Shown in pieces: positions 44,842 to 55,315 of a stretch of 64,000 nucleotides of DNA (position 1 is the first letter of the stretch; each line of letters begins with the position of its first letter). Source of the stretch: Acidimicrobiia bacterium. Its GTDB lineage: Bacteria > Actinomycetota > Acidimicrobiia > Acidimicrobiales > Bin134. Under the pieces are notes generated by a model. The model worked only from the letters and a program-made list of their open reading frames with translations, ran no database searches and was not told the DNA's origin. Position numbers and translations under genes: made by a program. The stretch covers positions 30,521 to 94,520 of the forward strand of contig JAJDYE010000023.1 of assembly GCA_022822905.1 (NCBI GenBank). Direction: 5' to 3'.

Positions 44842-45938
44842 GCCGACAGCTCACCGCTGCCACCGAAGAGGCCGCGCTCGAACAGCTCCACAACTCAGGC
44901 TGCACCGACGGACTGCCGGTGGTGATTCCCACCCCGGCCCGAGTGGAGCGGATGGTGCTGGCCTCGGGCCTCGACGCCGACGTGTCGCTGGGCCAACTCG
45001 GCCCCAACCTGGGCGAGGCAACCGTGGAGAAGGCGGCCATCGCCGCAGTGATGGCCGGCTGCCTGCCCGACTACTTCCCGGTGGTGGTGGCCGCGGTGCG
45101 GGCAGTGAGCGATCCCCGCCTGGACATGACCGAAGTACAGGCCACCACCCACAACCTGGGGCCGCTATTGATCGTGAACGGCCCCGCGGTGAGCGCCTGC
45201 GGCATCGCTTCGGGGTTCGGCGCGCTGGGCCCGGGCCACCGGGCCAACGCCAGCATCGGGCGGGCAGTGCGCCTGGCCATGATCAACATCGGCGGCGGCC
45301 GGCCCGGCACCTCCGACATGGCACTGCTCGGCCACCCCGGCAAGTTCACCTTTTGCCTGGGTGAAGACGAGGAGGCCAGTCCCTGGCCCCCGCTGCACAC
45401 CGCCCTGGGCTACGACATCGATCAAAGCACGGTGACGGTGGCCTGCACCGAGGGGCCGCATTCAGTGCTGTGCTTTCCCGACGACGATCCCGAGGTATAT
45501 GCCGACCACCTGATTAACGTGCTGGCCGCTTCGCTGTCGGGGTTGGGGGCCAACAACACCCACTTCGGCCGGGGCTCCCAGGTATTGGTACTCAACCCCG
45601 ACCACGCCGTCGCCCTAGCCGACGTGGGCTACGACCGGGCCACCATCGCCGAGGCGCTCCACGAGCGGGCCAAGCGATCCTGGTCGGAGCTGTCCACGGT
45701 GCGCTCTCGGGGCTCGGGCATCAATCGCCACCAGCGCAGCCAAGGCGACGATCCCGAGCTGGTTGTACACGCCCTGAGCAGCCCCGAAGCCCTGCTCATC
45801 CTGGTGGCCGGAGGCACCGGCCTTTACTCCACCATCATGCCCTCCTGGGGCGCCGGCCCCCACGGCAACAGCCACCTCACCGTAGAAATCGACCTCGACC
45901 AAACCTGTGAAGTGCCGTTGGTTATGCCGGCCCGCTAG
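44838..45938 (+). CDS. Conserved-looking hypothetical protein (366 aa) coupled to the selenoprotein gene
   Basis: ATGA overlap at 44838-44841. Clean coding ORF (HNSGCTDGLPVVIPTPARVERMV...). No family recognised. Confidence 0.7.
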   Translation: MSRQLTAATEEAALEQLHNSGCTDGLPVVIPTPARVERMVLASGLDADVSLGQLGPNLGEATVEKAAIAAVMAGCLPDYFPVVVAAVRAVSDPRLDMTEVQATTHNLGPLLIVNGPAVSACGIASGFGALGPGHRANASIGRAVRLAMINIGGGRPGTSDMALLGHPGKFTFCLGEDEEASPWPPLHTALGYDIDQSTVTVACTEGPHSVLCFPDDDPEVYADHLINVLAASLSGLGANNTHFGRGSQVLVLNPDHAVALADVGYDRATIAEALHERAKRSWSELSTVRSRGSGINRHQRSQGDDPELVVHALSSPEALLILVAGGTGLYSTIMPSWGAGPHGNSHLTVEIDLDQTCEVPLVMPAR

Positions 45939-45991
45939 GCCCCGGTTTCGTCTCCGCGAAACTGTCGTCCGTCGCTGGTAGCGTTTCGGCC

Positions 45992-46891
45992 ATGGGTCGA
46001 TTTCGACGGACTATGGACACTGCCAAGGCCTCATGGGCGGTGTTGCAACACGATCGGGAACTGGCCGTCCTGCCGATTCTGGGGGCGCTGGCCTCGTTGG
46101 CGGTGGTTCTTGCCATCGGCTTGCCCATCTGGCTCTCCACCGATGGGATAGACGACGGCGGCAGCAGCGGCAGCGAGCCAATGTTGTGGATCGGCGGGAT
46201 CATCATTTTGTTGGCCATCACCGTCATCACCGTGTTCTTCAACGCCGCGGTGGTGTCGGGGGCCCGGGAGCGGTTCAGCGGCGGCGACCCCACCATCTCC
46301 AGTGCCATCAAGGGGGCCTTCTCCCGACTGCACGTGATCGTGCCGTGGGCGATTCTGGCCCTGACCGTCGGGATGATCATCCGGTTGATTCAGAGCTCGG
46401 ACAACATCGTCGCCCGCATCCTCGGCAGTCTGCTTAACATGGCCTGGGGGGTGCTCACTTTCTTGGTGGTGCCCATTCTGGTGGTGGAGCAGACCGGGCC
46501 ATTCCAGTCGTTGAGCCGCTCGGGCGAGCTATTGCGTCACACCTGGGGCGAGAATCTGATCGCCCAGGTCGGTTTCGGCATCATCGGATTCGTGGCCGCC
46601 ATTCCAGGCATCATCATCATCGCCATTGGGGCCTCAGCCGGATCTGCCGGCGCAATAATCGGGGTCACCATAGGGTTCGCGTGGATCGCCTTGGTGTCGG
46701 TGGTGATCAGCACCCTTACCGCAATCTTCCAAATGGCGCTCTACCTCTACGCCACCACTGGACAGGTTCCCATGGGGTTTGAGCAATCCGGCCTCAGGGA
46801 CACTTTCAACGAGCGGTCCCAAGGCCCCCTGATGCGAGGCTTCGGGGGCGGCGGTCTCGGCGGCGGGGGCTTCGGCGGCGGCAGGTTCTGA
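45992..46891 (+). CDS. Polytopic membrane protein (DUF6159-like) with a Gly-rich C-terminal tail
   Basis: MDTAKASWAVLQHDRELAVLPILG followed by 5-6 hydrophobic spans. Ends in GGGGLGGGGFGGGRF. Confidence 0.6.
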   Translation: MGRFRRTMDTAKASWAVLQHDRELAVLPILGALASLAVVLAIGLPIWLSTDGIDDGGSSGSEPMLWIGGIIILLAITVITVFFNAAVVSGARERFSGGDPTISSAIKGAFSRLHVIVPWAILALTVGMIIRLIQSSDNIVARILGSLLNMAWGVLTFLVVPILVVEQTGPFQSLSRSGELLRHTWGENLIAQVGFGIIGFVAAIPGIIIIAIGASAGSAGAIIGVTIGFAWIALVSVVISTLTAIFQMALYLYATTGQVPMGFEQSGLRDTFNERSQGPLMRGFGGGGLGGGGFGGGRF

Positions 46892-46894
46892 CCG

Positions 46895-47299
46895 CTAGTC
46901 GCCGACTGGTTCTAGAGCGGCCTTGGCTGCCTCCGGGTTGAGGTACTCCCGGGTGAAGCAGACCTTGCCGTCGCGGAAGCGCCATAGGCCGATATAGCGA
47001 TTGGAGTATCGGCGACCGGTGGGGACCACCTCGCCTTGGCTGGTGTACTCGGCAATGAGAAGATCGGGGTCGACGCAGGGGTATACCTCGGTGATGTGCA
47101 AGCTGAAGCGGAACACCTTGAAGGCGCCCACCAGACGCTGGCGCACCGCCTCTTTGCCCTCGGTCCGGTCGGGCTTGTCGGGGTGGGCGTAGGGCAACTC
47201 CATCACATAGTCGTCGGTGTAGTGGGACACCACCGCGTCGGCGTCGCCCATCGAGTCGAACACCGACCGGAGAATCTCGAGGTTGGTCCGCTTGCTCAT
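46895..47299 (-). CDS. NTF2-like (SnoaL/PhzA-B-like) protein
   Basis: 134 aa. NLEILRSVFDSMGD...YTDDYVMELPYA has the pattern of SnoaL-like folds. Confidence 0.6.
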   Translation of the reverse strand: MSKRTNLEILRSVFDSMGDADAVVSHYTDDYVMELPYAHPDKPDRTEGKEAVRQRLVGAFKVFRFSLHITEVYPCVDPDLLIAEYTSQGEVVPTGRRYSNRYIGLWRFRDGKVCFTREYLNPEAAKAALEPVGD

Positions 47300-47307
47300 A
47301 TTGCTAG

Positions 47308-49761
47308 TTGACCACGTTCTTCGAATCCGTGGGAAAGCTGGCTGTAGTGTCGCGGATCGTGTCTTCGAATGAACTGCCGCTGAGCGGCCTGCGGGTCATC
47401 GACATGGCCGACGTCAAGGGCGAGTTGGCCGGTCGGGTTCTGGCCGACTTCGGCGCCGACGTGATCCGGGTGGAGCCGCCCAGCGGGGCCGAGTCCCGGC
47501 GCGTGCCTCCATTCGCCCCCGACGGCGAGACCAGCCTGTACTTCGCCTTCCGCAACTTCAACAAGCGGGGCATCACCGTGGACGTGACCACCGCCGATGG
47601 CCAGGCCCAGCTGCGAGAGCTGCTGGCCAGCGCCGATGTGTGGATTGAATCCACCAAACCGGGGACTATGGCCCCCTACGGGCTCGATCCCCGGGAGGTT
47701 TCCGCCGAGTTCGAGCACCTGCTGGTGCTCTCGATCACCGACTTCGGCCAAGAGGGGCCGTATGCCCAGTTCGAGGCCACCGACGAGGTGATCCAAGCCA
47801 TGAGCGGGCACCTGGCCGCCTCGGGCATCCCCGAGAAGCCGCCGCTGCTCATCCCCGGGGCGATCGCATACGACACCGCCGGCGTGGTCGGCGCGCTGGC
47901 TGTGGCCATCGGGCTTGTGGCCAAACAGCGCACCGGGCGGGGCCAGCACCTGGACTTCTCGGTGCTGGAGGCGGCCATCCACCTCAACACCTGGCAGCTG
48001 GCCAACATGCAGCCCACCCTGGACGCAGGAATGGACCCTCCCATCGTCCGGTCGGGCACCACCGTGGTGTACCCGCTGTTCGAGACGGCCGACGGATACA
48101 TCACCATGGTGGTTCTCAGCCCCCGACAATGGTTTTCCCTATGGGAGTGGATGGGTCGCCCCGAGGCATTCGCCGACGAGATGTGGAGCCAGACCATCAC
48201 CCGGATCATGAACGGCGACGTGTTGAACCCGGTGATCGCCGAGCACTTCGCCCCCATGATGATGGAGGAAGCCGCCGCCGAGGCCCAGCGCCGGGGCGTG
48301 GTGGTCACCCCGATGCTCAAGCCGTCCGACATCCTGGTGAACGAGCACTACGTGTCCCGGTCCACGTTCGTGCCGATGGAACTGGCCCCTGGCGTAGAGG
48401 CGGCAACCGCCTCGGGATTCATGGAAATCAACCGGCAGCGCCAGGGGTTCCGCTTCGGTTCCCCGGCTCTGGGTGAGCACAACGCCGAAGTGGCCGCGGA
48501 GGCGGCCGCCGCCGAGCCCGCAGGTCCAGTGCCAGACGCCGGCGAGACGGCCCAACCGCTGGCCGGACTGCGGGTGCTGGACTTCGGCCACGGCGGTGTG
48601 GGCGTGGAGGGGGGTCGGATGCTGGCCGAGTACGGCGCCGACGTCATCAAGATCGAAACCCGCACCTATCCCGACTTCATGCGGCTGGTCATCGGTACCG
48701 AGATGACGGCGTCGTTCGCCTCGTCGAGCCGCACCAAGCGCAGCTTCGGGGTCAACTCCAAGATCCCCGAGGGGTTGGCCGTGCTGAAGGAACTGGTGAA
48801 GACGGCCGACATCGTGATCGAGAACAACTCCACCGGCACCATGGACGCCATGGGGGTGGGCTACGAGACGCTCAAGGAGCTCAATCCCGGCGTGTGCATG
48901 GCCAGCAGCCAGCTCATGGGCTCCACCGGGGCCTATGCCGACTGGATCGGCTACGGACCCACCATCCAGACAGTGGGAGGCATCAAGTACCTGTGGAACT
49001 TCACCGACGGCGACCCGCCGCCGGGGTCAAACGCCATCCACCCCGACCACTTGGCCGGACGGCTGTGCGCCCTGGGCGCGCTGGTCGGCCTGTTGAGCCG
49101 AGACCGCCGGGACGGCGATGGGGCCCAGGCCGAGATCAGCCAGGCCGAGGCATTGGTCAACACGCTGGGCGATCTGTTCATGGCCGAGTCGCTCAGCCCC
49201 GGCTCGGTGCAGCCCGTGGGCAACGACTCAGACCAAGGCGCCCCCTGGGGGGTGTTCCAGTGCGCCGGCGACCAGCAGTGGAGCGTGGTGTGCGTGCGCC
49301 ACGACGCCGACTGGGCCGCGCTCAAACAGGCCATGGGCAACCCGGCCTGGGCCGATCACCCGGCCTACGGAACCGCTGAGGGCCGTTTGGCCGCCCGGGA
49401 AGCGGTCAACGCCGGGGTAGCCGAGTGGACCGCCAACCTCTCACCGCTGGAGGTCCAGGAGGCGTCTCAGGCCGTCGGCGTCCCCGGCTCAGCCATGCTC
49501 ACCGCCCTCGACCACATGACCGATCCCCAACTCACCCAGCGAGGCTTCCCGCTAGAGGTCTTCCAACCCGGCGCCGGCAACCTGGTGCTGGAAGGCCCCT
49601 GCTTCTACGGCAGCGAGATGCCCGCCCCCCCAGTCCACGCCGCCCCCCTGCTCGGCGAGCACACCCGCCAAATCTGCATCGAAGAGCTCAACATGGACGC
49701 CGCCGAAGTCGAACGCCTCGTCGAAATGGGCGCCCTAGAAGTCCCCCTCCCCGAGGACTGA
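47308..49761 (+). CDS. Double-domain family III CoA-transferase (paralogue of 28913-31336)
   Basis: LSGLRVIDMADVKGELAGRVLADFGADVIRVEPP and LAGLRVLDFGHGGVGVEGGRMLAEYGADVIKIE. The real start may be GTG 47359. Confidence 0.8.
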   Translation: MTTFFESVGKLAVVSRIVSSNELPLSGLRVIDMADVKGELAGRVLADFGADVIRVEPPSGAESRRVPPFAPDGETSLYFAFRNFNKRGITVDVTTADGQAQLRELLASADVWIESTKPGTMAPYGLDPREVSAEFEHLLVLSITDFGQEGPYAQFEATDEVIQAMSGHLAASGIPEKPPLLIPGAIAYDTAGVVGALAVAIGLVAKQRTGRGQHLDFSVLEAAIHLNTWQLANMQPTLDAGMDPPIVRSGTTVVYPLFETADGYITMVVLSPRQWFSLWEWMGRPEAFADEMWSQTITRIMNGDVLNPVIAEHFAPMMMEEAAAEAQRRGVVVTPMLKPSDILVNEHYVSRSTFVPMELAPGVEAATASGFMEINRQRQGFRFGSPALGEHNAEVAAEAAAAEPAGPVPDAGETAQPLAGLRVLDFGHGGVGVEGGRMLAEYGADVIKIETRTYPDFMRLVIGTEMTASFASSSRTKRSFGVNSKIPEGLAVLKELVKTADIVIENNSTGTMDAMGVGYETLKELNPGVCMASSQLMGSTGAYADWIGYGPTIQTVGGIKYLWNFTDGDPPPGSNAIHPDHLAGRLCALGALVGLLSRDRRDGDGAQAEISQAEALVNTLGDLFMAESLSPGSVQPVGNDSDQGAPWGVFQCAGDQQWSVVCVRHDADWAALKQAMGNPAWADHPAYGTAEGRLAAREAVNAGVAEWTANLSPLEVQEASQAVGVPGSAMLTALDHMTDPQLTQRGFPLEVFQPGAGNLVLEGPCFYGSEMPAPPVHAAPLLGEHTRQICIEELNMDAAEVERLVEMGALEVPLPED

Positions 49762-49780
49762 TCTACACCCGCCGACTGGG

Positions 49781-50566
49781 TCAGCCGATGACGAGGCCTC
49801 CGTTGGGGGTGATGGTTTCGCCGGTGACGAAATCGCTCTCGTCGGAGGCTAGATACAAGGCGGCGTAGGCAATGTCTTCGGGCTGGCCGATGCGGCCAGC
49901 GGGGGTGATCATTTTGAGGCCCTCGATCATTGCGGCGTCCACTCCGGCCACCATCGGGGTGTCGATCACGCCGGGACACACTGCGTTGGCCCGGATGCCG
50001 TGGGGGGCGCAGAAGCGGGCCATGGCCCGCATGAAGCCCAGGAGGCCGGCCTTGGCGGTGGCGTAGTGGATCGGCCCCCACCCGGCTAGCCCGGCGATCG
50101 ACGACATGCAGACAACCGAGCCCTTGAGATCGGTGTCGATGATCCGGGACAGCATGGCCCGGGTGCAGTAGAAGGCGCCGTTCAAATGGATATCGAGCAT
50201 TCGCTGCCAGCCGTCATCGCTCATGTCCACGATCTGGCGGTCGCCGCCGGTGTTGCCCTCGCCGGAACCGTCGCCGGGGGTGCTGTCGACGCCGGCGTTG
50301 TTCACTAGCACGGTGACCGGGCCGAAGCGGTCGTCGATGTCGGCGAACATGGCCTCGATGGCCTTGCTGTCGGACACGTCGCAGGCTGTGCTCATGGCTT
50401 CGCCTCCGTTGGCGATCACCTGATCGGCGGTGGCTGCGGCGGCCGCCTCATTCAGGTCTTGAACCACAACCTTGGCGCCCTCGCTGGCAAATAAAACGCT
50501 GATAGCCGTGCCTATCCCGCCTCCACCACCGGTTACCAGAGCAACTTTGCCGTCCAGTCTTCCCAT
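49781..50566 (-). CDS. SDR-family oxidoreductase
   Basis: LDGKVALVTGGGGGIG, NNAG and YATAK. AGGAGG RBS sits 8 nt upstream of ATG 50566. Confidence 0.85.
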   Translation of the reverse strand: MGRLDGKVALVTGGGGGIGTAISVLFASEGAKVVVQDLNEAAAAATADQVIANGGEAMSTACDVSDSKAIEAMFADIDDRFGPVTVLVNNAGVDSTPGDGSGEGNTGGDRQIVDMSDDGWQRMLDIHLNGAFYCTRAMLSRIIDTDLKGSVVCMSSIAGLAGWGPIHYATAKAGLLGFMRAMARFCAPHGIRANAVCPGVIDTPMVAGVDAAMIEGLKMITPAGRIGQPEDIAYAALYLASDESDFVTGETITPNGGLVIG

Positions 50567-50667
50567 GAGCGAACTCCTCCTCATCATGGTCGTCGGCGAA
50601 TCACCACCGACTGTCGGCCAAGCGGTGTGATTGCCGCCGCTCGCCGGTAAATTTCCAGTAAGGCACC

Positions 50668-51651
50668 ATGACACCCCGATACCGAAACCCACAAGCCGAG
50701 GCCGATGCCATGGTGGGCGACGGTCTGATTGCCAGAGTGCTGGAGCCGTCACCGCCTGCCGTGGTCACCGGTCCCTGGTTCGCCGACGACCCCGCCTCGG
50801 TGGGCGAAACCGATCAAGCGACTGCCAGGATGGTGACTCCCACCAGTGCGGGCGATCTCCGCTGGGCCGATCTGGCCGCAGCGGACGAGACCGTGGCCGA
50901 ATTCTGCGGGCCCCGATGGCTGGCCAACTACCAGCCGCTGGTGAGGGTGCCCGATCACTATCCGGTGCGACGCGACGACCTTCACCGTTTGGCCTACGGC
51001 GTGGTGTCCAACACCCGCAAGGCGGCCAACGGGAAGTTCGGCCTGCGCTGGACTCTTGGCGGGTTCGGCACCCCGTTCTTCGGTGACGACACCCAGGTAC
51101 GGGTGGAAGGGCGCATGTTGGTGAGGCAGCACAGGGACAAGGTGGAGGCTGAGACGATTACCACGCTGGCCGCAGCCGCCGACTTTCTAGGCGTAGAGGC
51201 GACCAGCGATCAGGCCGAGCACGACACCGTGGCGCTGGGCGACTTGGATCGCCCGCTGACGGTGGACGAGGAGCTGGTGGCGTTCACCAGCCAGTGGTTC
51301 GGGATGGCCACCGCGGCGCTGGAGGAGCTGCGCTGCACTCCCGGAGCTCCCGATCCCAGCCGGGTGCAGCTGTGGCCTGGCCACTTCGACGTGGCAGTGG
51401 AGATCGGCAATGCCGAGGCTGAGCCGGCGACCCGGGCCACCTACGGGGCATCGCCCGGCGACCCCGCTCATCCTGAGCCCTACCTGTATGTGGGGCCATG
51501 GGGACCGGTGGATCCCGGAGATCCATTCTGGAACGACACTGCTTTCACTGGGGCGTCGCTGCCCTACGTGGCAATAGAGGGCGACCCCAATCCCTGCGGC
51601 GTGGCCCTGGGCTTCTATCGACAGGCCTTCAGTCGGCTGATCGGCAGCTAG
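50668..51651 (+). CDS. Hypothetical protein (327 aa)
   Basis: Coding-like ORF with no motif I can name. Confidence 0.55.
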   Translation: MTPRYRNPQAEADAMVGDGLIARVLEPSPPAVVTGPWFADDPASVGETDQATARMVTPTSAGDLRWADLAAADETVAEFCGPRWLANYQPLVRVPDHYPVRRDDLHRLAYGVVSNTRKAANGKFGLRWTLGGFGTPFFGDDTQVRVEGRMLVRQHRDKVEAETITTLAAAADFLGVEATSDQAEHDTVALGDLDRPLTVDEELVAFTSQWFGMATAALEELRCTPGAPDPSRVQLWPGHFDVAVEIGNAEAEPATRATYGASPGDPAHPEPYLYVGPWGPVDPGDPFWNDTAFTGASLPYVAIEGDPNPCGVALGFYRQAFSRLIGS

Positions 51652-52662
51652 CTAATCACCCGAGAGCGCAGCCACCACCGGGGCAAAGCTGTTGATTGTC
51701 TCGGCCAAGCCCTCGGCGGCGGCGGACCGGGCGGTGGCCGCCAAATTCAAGCTGGCGCTGGTGAACCCCATGTCCAGAACGCCGGCGAGTTGATCGGCGC
51801 ACTCGTCCGGAGTGCCGACGATGGTGAAGGCCTGCACCAGGCGGTTGTCGATCAACGCGTCCAACTCGGGGTCGTCGGACCGGTTGTGGTCGAAGTACCA
51901 GCCCCGGCTGCGGGCCAAGGCAGCCTCGATGGCGGCCATGCGATCTGGAGATACATCCAGCTCAGGCGGGCGGATGATGGTCAGATAGTGGGCGGCATAG
52001 CGCTTGACGCTGCGCCGGGCGAGATCGCCGTCCTCGGAACAACAGAGCGTGAGCCGGGGAGCAGTCTCGAAGTCGTCCACCGTGCGCCCGGCCCGGGCTG
52101 CGCCCTCGGCTAACCACACCCGGTAGGTGTCAGCCAGGTCGGTCGACAGGAATCGCCCTCCCACCAGGGCGATATCGGCCACCTCCCCGGCTAATCGCAT
52201 GACTTGGGGGCTGCGGGTGCCAATGGAGATGGGCACTGGGTGAGCGGCGGGGCGGATTAGGTGCTCGCCGCCGACCTCTCCCCCATCTAGCAGTGTGCGG
52301 ATGTCGTCTACCGCTTGGCGAAGGGCGGCCACCGGCTTGGGATAGTCGATGCCCAGCGGCTCCAAGCCGGCCCCCACGCCCAATCCGCAGAATGCCCGGC
52401 CGGGGGCGATGTCGTCGAGGGTGGCCAGCGCCCCGGCCAGCACCACCGGATGGCGGGTGTAGGGGTTGGTGACCATGGCCCCCACCGCGATGCGGCGGGT
52501 GGCCTGAGCGCACAAGCCTTGGAGCATGAAGCAGTCGGGCCAGAACGCCACATCGGAGATGCCCAGCCGGGCGAAGCCGGCCTCTTCTACCAACTGAGCC
52601 AGCCTCACCGCCTCTGCGGTGCTCATCCCGGGGCTGATCTCAGCTTCGAGGGTGATGCTCAC
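51652..52662 (-). CDS. LLM-class F420-dependent oxidoreductase
   Basis: LVEEAGFARLGISD...GAMVTNPYTRHPVVLAGALATLDDIAPGRAFCGLGVGAG. The start overlaps the upstream stop by 4 nt. Confidence 0.8.
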   Translation of the reverse strand: MSITLEAEISPGMSTAEAVRLAQLVEEAGFARLGISDVAFWPDCFMLQGLCAQATRRIAVGAMVTNPYTRHPVVLAGALATLDDIAPGRAFCGLGVGAGLEPLGIDYPKPVAALRQAVDDIRTLLDGGEVGGEHLIRPAAHPVPISIGTRSPQVMRLAGEVADIALVGGRFLSTDLADTYRVWLAEGAARAGRTVDDFETAPRLTLCCSEDGDLARRSVKRYAAHYLTIIRPPELDVSPDRMAAIEAALARSRGWYFDHNRSDDPELDALIDNRLVQAFTIVGTPDECADQLAGVLDMGFTSASLNLAATARSAAAEGLAETINSFAPVVAALSGD

Positions 52663-54362
52663 GGCGAGCGGGAGTCGCGCACCCTCACCAAGTCTGAGGA
52701 GTGATCAGGGTCGGTGGACACTTCGATCAGCACTGGGCCCTCGGCGGATAGCGACGAGGTCAGGGCGTCGGCCAAAGAGACGTCGTCGTCCACTCGGTGG
52801 CCATCCATGCCGAAGGCCCGGGCCACCGCGGCGAAGTCGTGGTCGCCGATATCGACGGCGGTGCGGCGGTCTGGGCCTTGGAAATCGTAGACGTTGCCCA
52901 GCATTCGGTTGTTGAGAACCAAGAACGTGACCGGCAGGCCGTACTCCACCGCGGTGGCCAGGTTGTGCAGCGACATCAGGAACCCGCCGTCGCCGCTGAT
53001 CGACAGCACCCGCTCACCGGGATAGACCATGGCGGCAGCCAGCGCGGCAGGCGGGCCCCAGCCCATGCCCAGGTGTCCGCCGGGTAGGTGCAGCCTTCCG
53101 GGGGTACGGGCCTCAAGGTAGTGATAGGCGAAGATCCGGTTGTTGCCCGCGTCCAGCGTGATCCGGCCGTCAGCCGGCCAAACCTCGTTGAGCACCTGCA
53201 TCACCCGCTGAGGCGGCACCGGGCTGGCCGACTCATGCAGTACTGGGGGATCCTCGGCCTTCGACTTGATCTCGGCGAGATCAGCCCACCGGTCAGCGGC
53301 CAGGTCTTCATGAACGCCCACCTCGGGCACCAGCTCAGCCAATAGCGCCCCCAGCTCGGCGTGTACGCCCAGCTCCACCGGGAAGCTCACCCCCAGGTTG
53401 GCGGCCTCGATGTCCACCTGCACGATGCGCTGGCGGTCGGCGTCCAGCCAGGTGGGCGACTCCACCAGGGTGTCGTGGGGGTTGAGGCGCGATCCCAGCA
53501 CCACCACCGCGTCGGCTCGGGCCAACAGCTCGAAGGCTCCCTGCCAACCGAACGGGCTGAGCGGCCCGCCGGCCCACGGGTGGTCGTCGGCGATCACCCC
53601 CCGGGCCTTGGCGGTAGTCACCACCGGGGCCGCCGCCCGGCGAGCCAGAGCGTCCAACTGGTCGTAGGCATGCGCTTGGTGGATGCCGTTGCCGGCCACG
53701 ATCACTGGGCGCTTGGCCGATGCCAGCAGATCGGACAAGGCGGCTACCGCCGAGCCATCGGGCCGAGGAGGGGCGGCCGATGCCACCCGGCTCCGCCTAT
53801 AGAGGCGGGGGTGGCGGGCCTCGTCGGTGCGCCGGAAGATGGCGTCGAGGCGGAATACCACCGCGGTCGGACCGGGGCGTCCCGAGGCGGCGTGGTGGAT
53901 GGCCAGCTCCACCGCATGCACCGCCTCGTTGGGGGTGGTGGCCACGCTCATGAACTTGGTCATCCCCGACAGGATGCGAGGCAGGTCTACTGATCCGTGG
54001 TCGCCGGTGGTGCCCTGGGTGGGGGCGTGCTGGGGGATGCCGTGGTCGGTCATCTCGGTGAGGACCAACATGGGGGTGCCCGACAGGAAGCCCTCCATGA
54101 GCCCGAACCCGCCCGATGAGACCGCGAACGGCCCTTGGCCGGTGAACACGCCGGGACGGCCGGTGAGCCGCCCGTACATGTCGGCCATGACCGACGCTTG
54201 GTGCTCGTGGGCGGCTCGCACGCTCTCGATGCGGTCGGCCACCGTCCGCAGCCCGTCGAACACTTTGATGGAGTAGCCCCCCGGCACCCCGAAGACGTGG
54301 GTGATACCCGCGTCGGCCAGCACCTCGGCGATGGCAATGCCCGCGGGGGTCCCGTCGCTCAT
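52659..54362 (-). CDS. Thiamine-diphosphate-dependent enzyme (acetolactate-synthase-like)
   Basis: N-terminal ITHVFGVPGG and TPP motif SGDGGFLMS...VLNN. Start taken at MSDGTPAG (54362). Confidence 0.8.
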   Translation of the reverse strand: MSDGTPAGIAIAEVLADAGITHVFGVPGGYSIKVFDGLRTVADRIESVRAAHEHQASVMADMYGRLTGRPGVFTGQGPFAVSSGGFGLMEGFLSGTPMLVLTEMTDHGIPQHAPTQGTTGDHGSVDLPRILSGMTKFMSVATTPNEAVHAVELAIHHAASGRPGPTAVVFRLDAIFRRTDEARHPRLYRRSRVASAAPPRPDGSAVAALSDLLASAKRPVIVAGNGIHQAHAYDQLDALARRAAAPVVTTAKARGVIADDHPWAGGPLSPFGWQGAFELLARADAVVVLGSRLNPHDTLVESPTWLDADRQRIVQVDIEAANLGVSFPVELGVHAELGALLAELVPEVGVHEDLAADRWADLAEIKSKAEDPPVLHESASPVPPQRVMQVLNEVWPADGRITLDAGNNRIFAYHYLEARTPGRLHLPGGHLGMGWGPPAALAAAMVYPGERVLSISGDGGFLMSLHNLATAVEYGLPVTFLVLNNRMLGNVYDFQGPDRRTAVDIGDHDFAAVARAFGMDGHRVDDDVSLADALTSSLSAEGPVLIEVSTDPDHSSDLVRVRDSRSP

Positions 54363-54387
54363 CAGACCAGGAGGAGCCGCTCGTCGG

Positions 54388-55182
54388 TCATGCGCCGCCG
54401 ATCCAGTGCCCGGCATTCACATCCAATGAGGCCCCGGTAATGGGCAGCGACAGGTCTGAGGCAAAGAACAGGGCCGCCCCTGCGATGTCGGCAGCATCGG
54501 GGAGGTACTTGAGCGCGGTCTCCCCCGCGGTCTCGTCGTACACCACCTGGTAGTCCACCCCCCTGTCGTCGGCCTGGCCCTGGAGGAAGTTGCGGACGGC
54601 GTCGGCGAAAATGTAACCGGGCAAAACGCTGTTCACCCGGATGCCGTCGGGCCCCAGCTCTTTGGCCATGATCTTGGTGATGTTCTCCAGGGCGGCCTTG
54701 GAGCTGCTGTAGGCCCCCCAGCCCGCCTGCCGAATGCGGATGGACATGGTGTTGATGAAGATGACCCGCCCGGCCCCTGAGTCCCGCAGGGCGGGGATGC
54801 AGGCCCGGGTCATGTTCAGCGACCCGAAGAAGTTAACGTCGAACACGTTCCGCCAGCGGTCCAAGTCGGCGTCTTCCACGTTGATGACGGGGAAGCCGTC
54901 GTTGAAGGCGTTGTTCACGCAGATGTCCAGCCGTCCCAGCTTCTCCACTGCGGCGTCGGCCAGCGCCTGGCACTGGGCGGGGTCGGTGATGTCGGTGGAC
55001 TGCCATACGGTGCGTCGGCCCATGGCCTCGATCTCAGCGGCCAGAGGCTCCATCACCTCGGTGCGGCGGGCGCCCATCACGATGTCGGCCCCCTCTTGGG
55101 CGTAGAGCCGGGCAATCTCGATGCCCAGGCCCGGACCGATCCCCGACACCAATGCCACCCGGCCAGCCAGCATGTCGCCCAT
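54388..55182 (-). CDS. SDR-family oxidoreductase
   Basis: LAGRVALVSGIGPGLG, NNAF and YSSSK. Confidence 0.8.
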   Translation of the reverse strand: MGDMLAGRVALVSGIGPGLGIEIARLYAQEGADIVMGARRTEVMEPLAAEIEAMGRRTVWQSTDITDPAQCQALADAAVEKLGRLDICVNNAFNDGFPVINVEDADLDRWRNVFDVNFFGSLNMTRACIPALRDSGAGRVIFINTMSIRIRQAGWGAYSSSKAALENITKIMAKELGPDGIRVNSVLPGYIFADAVRNFLQGQADDRGVDYQVVYDETAGETALKYLPDAADIAGAALFFASDLSLPITGASLDVNAGHWIGGA

Positions 55183-55315
55183 CGCTCTCCTCCGTTCCCA
55201 GCAGTGCGGCGCCGGGCTTGACCCAGCCTCGCGGTGTGCGCCCTAGCTTCGCGCACCCCGCGCTCGACTCCCCTGCTGAGGAGGGCCGCTGGTACTTTCG
55301 TCGGGCGAGGACAGG

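Noticed and set aside
45943-45964. A hairpin (GTTTCG-N6-CGAAAC, extendable to about 8 bp) after the 366-aa gene, considered as a terminator.
   Set aside because: The stem is short and no downstream U-tract is present. It is not convincing as an intrinsic terminator.
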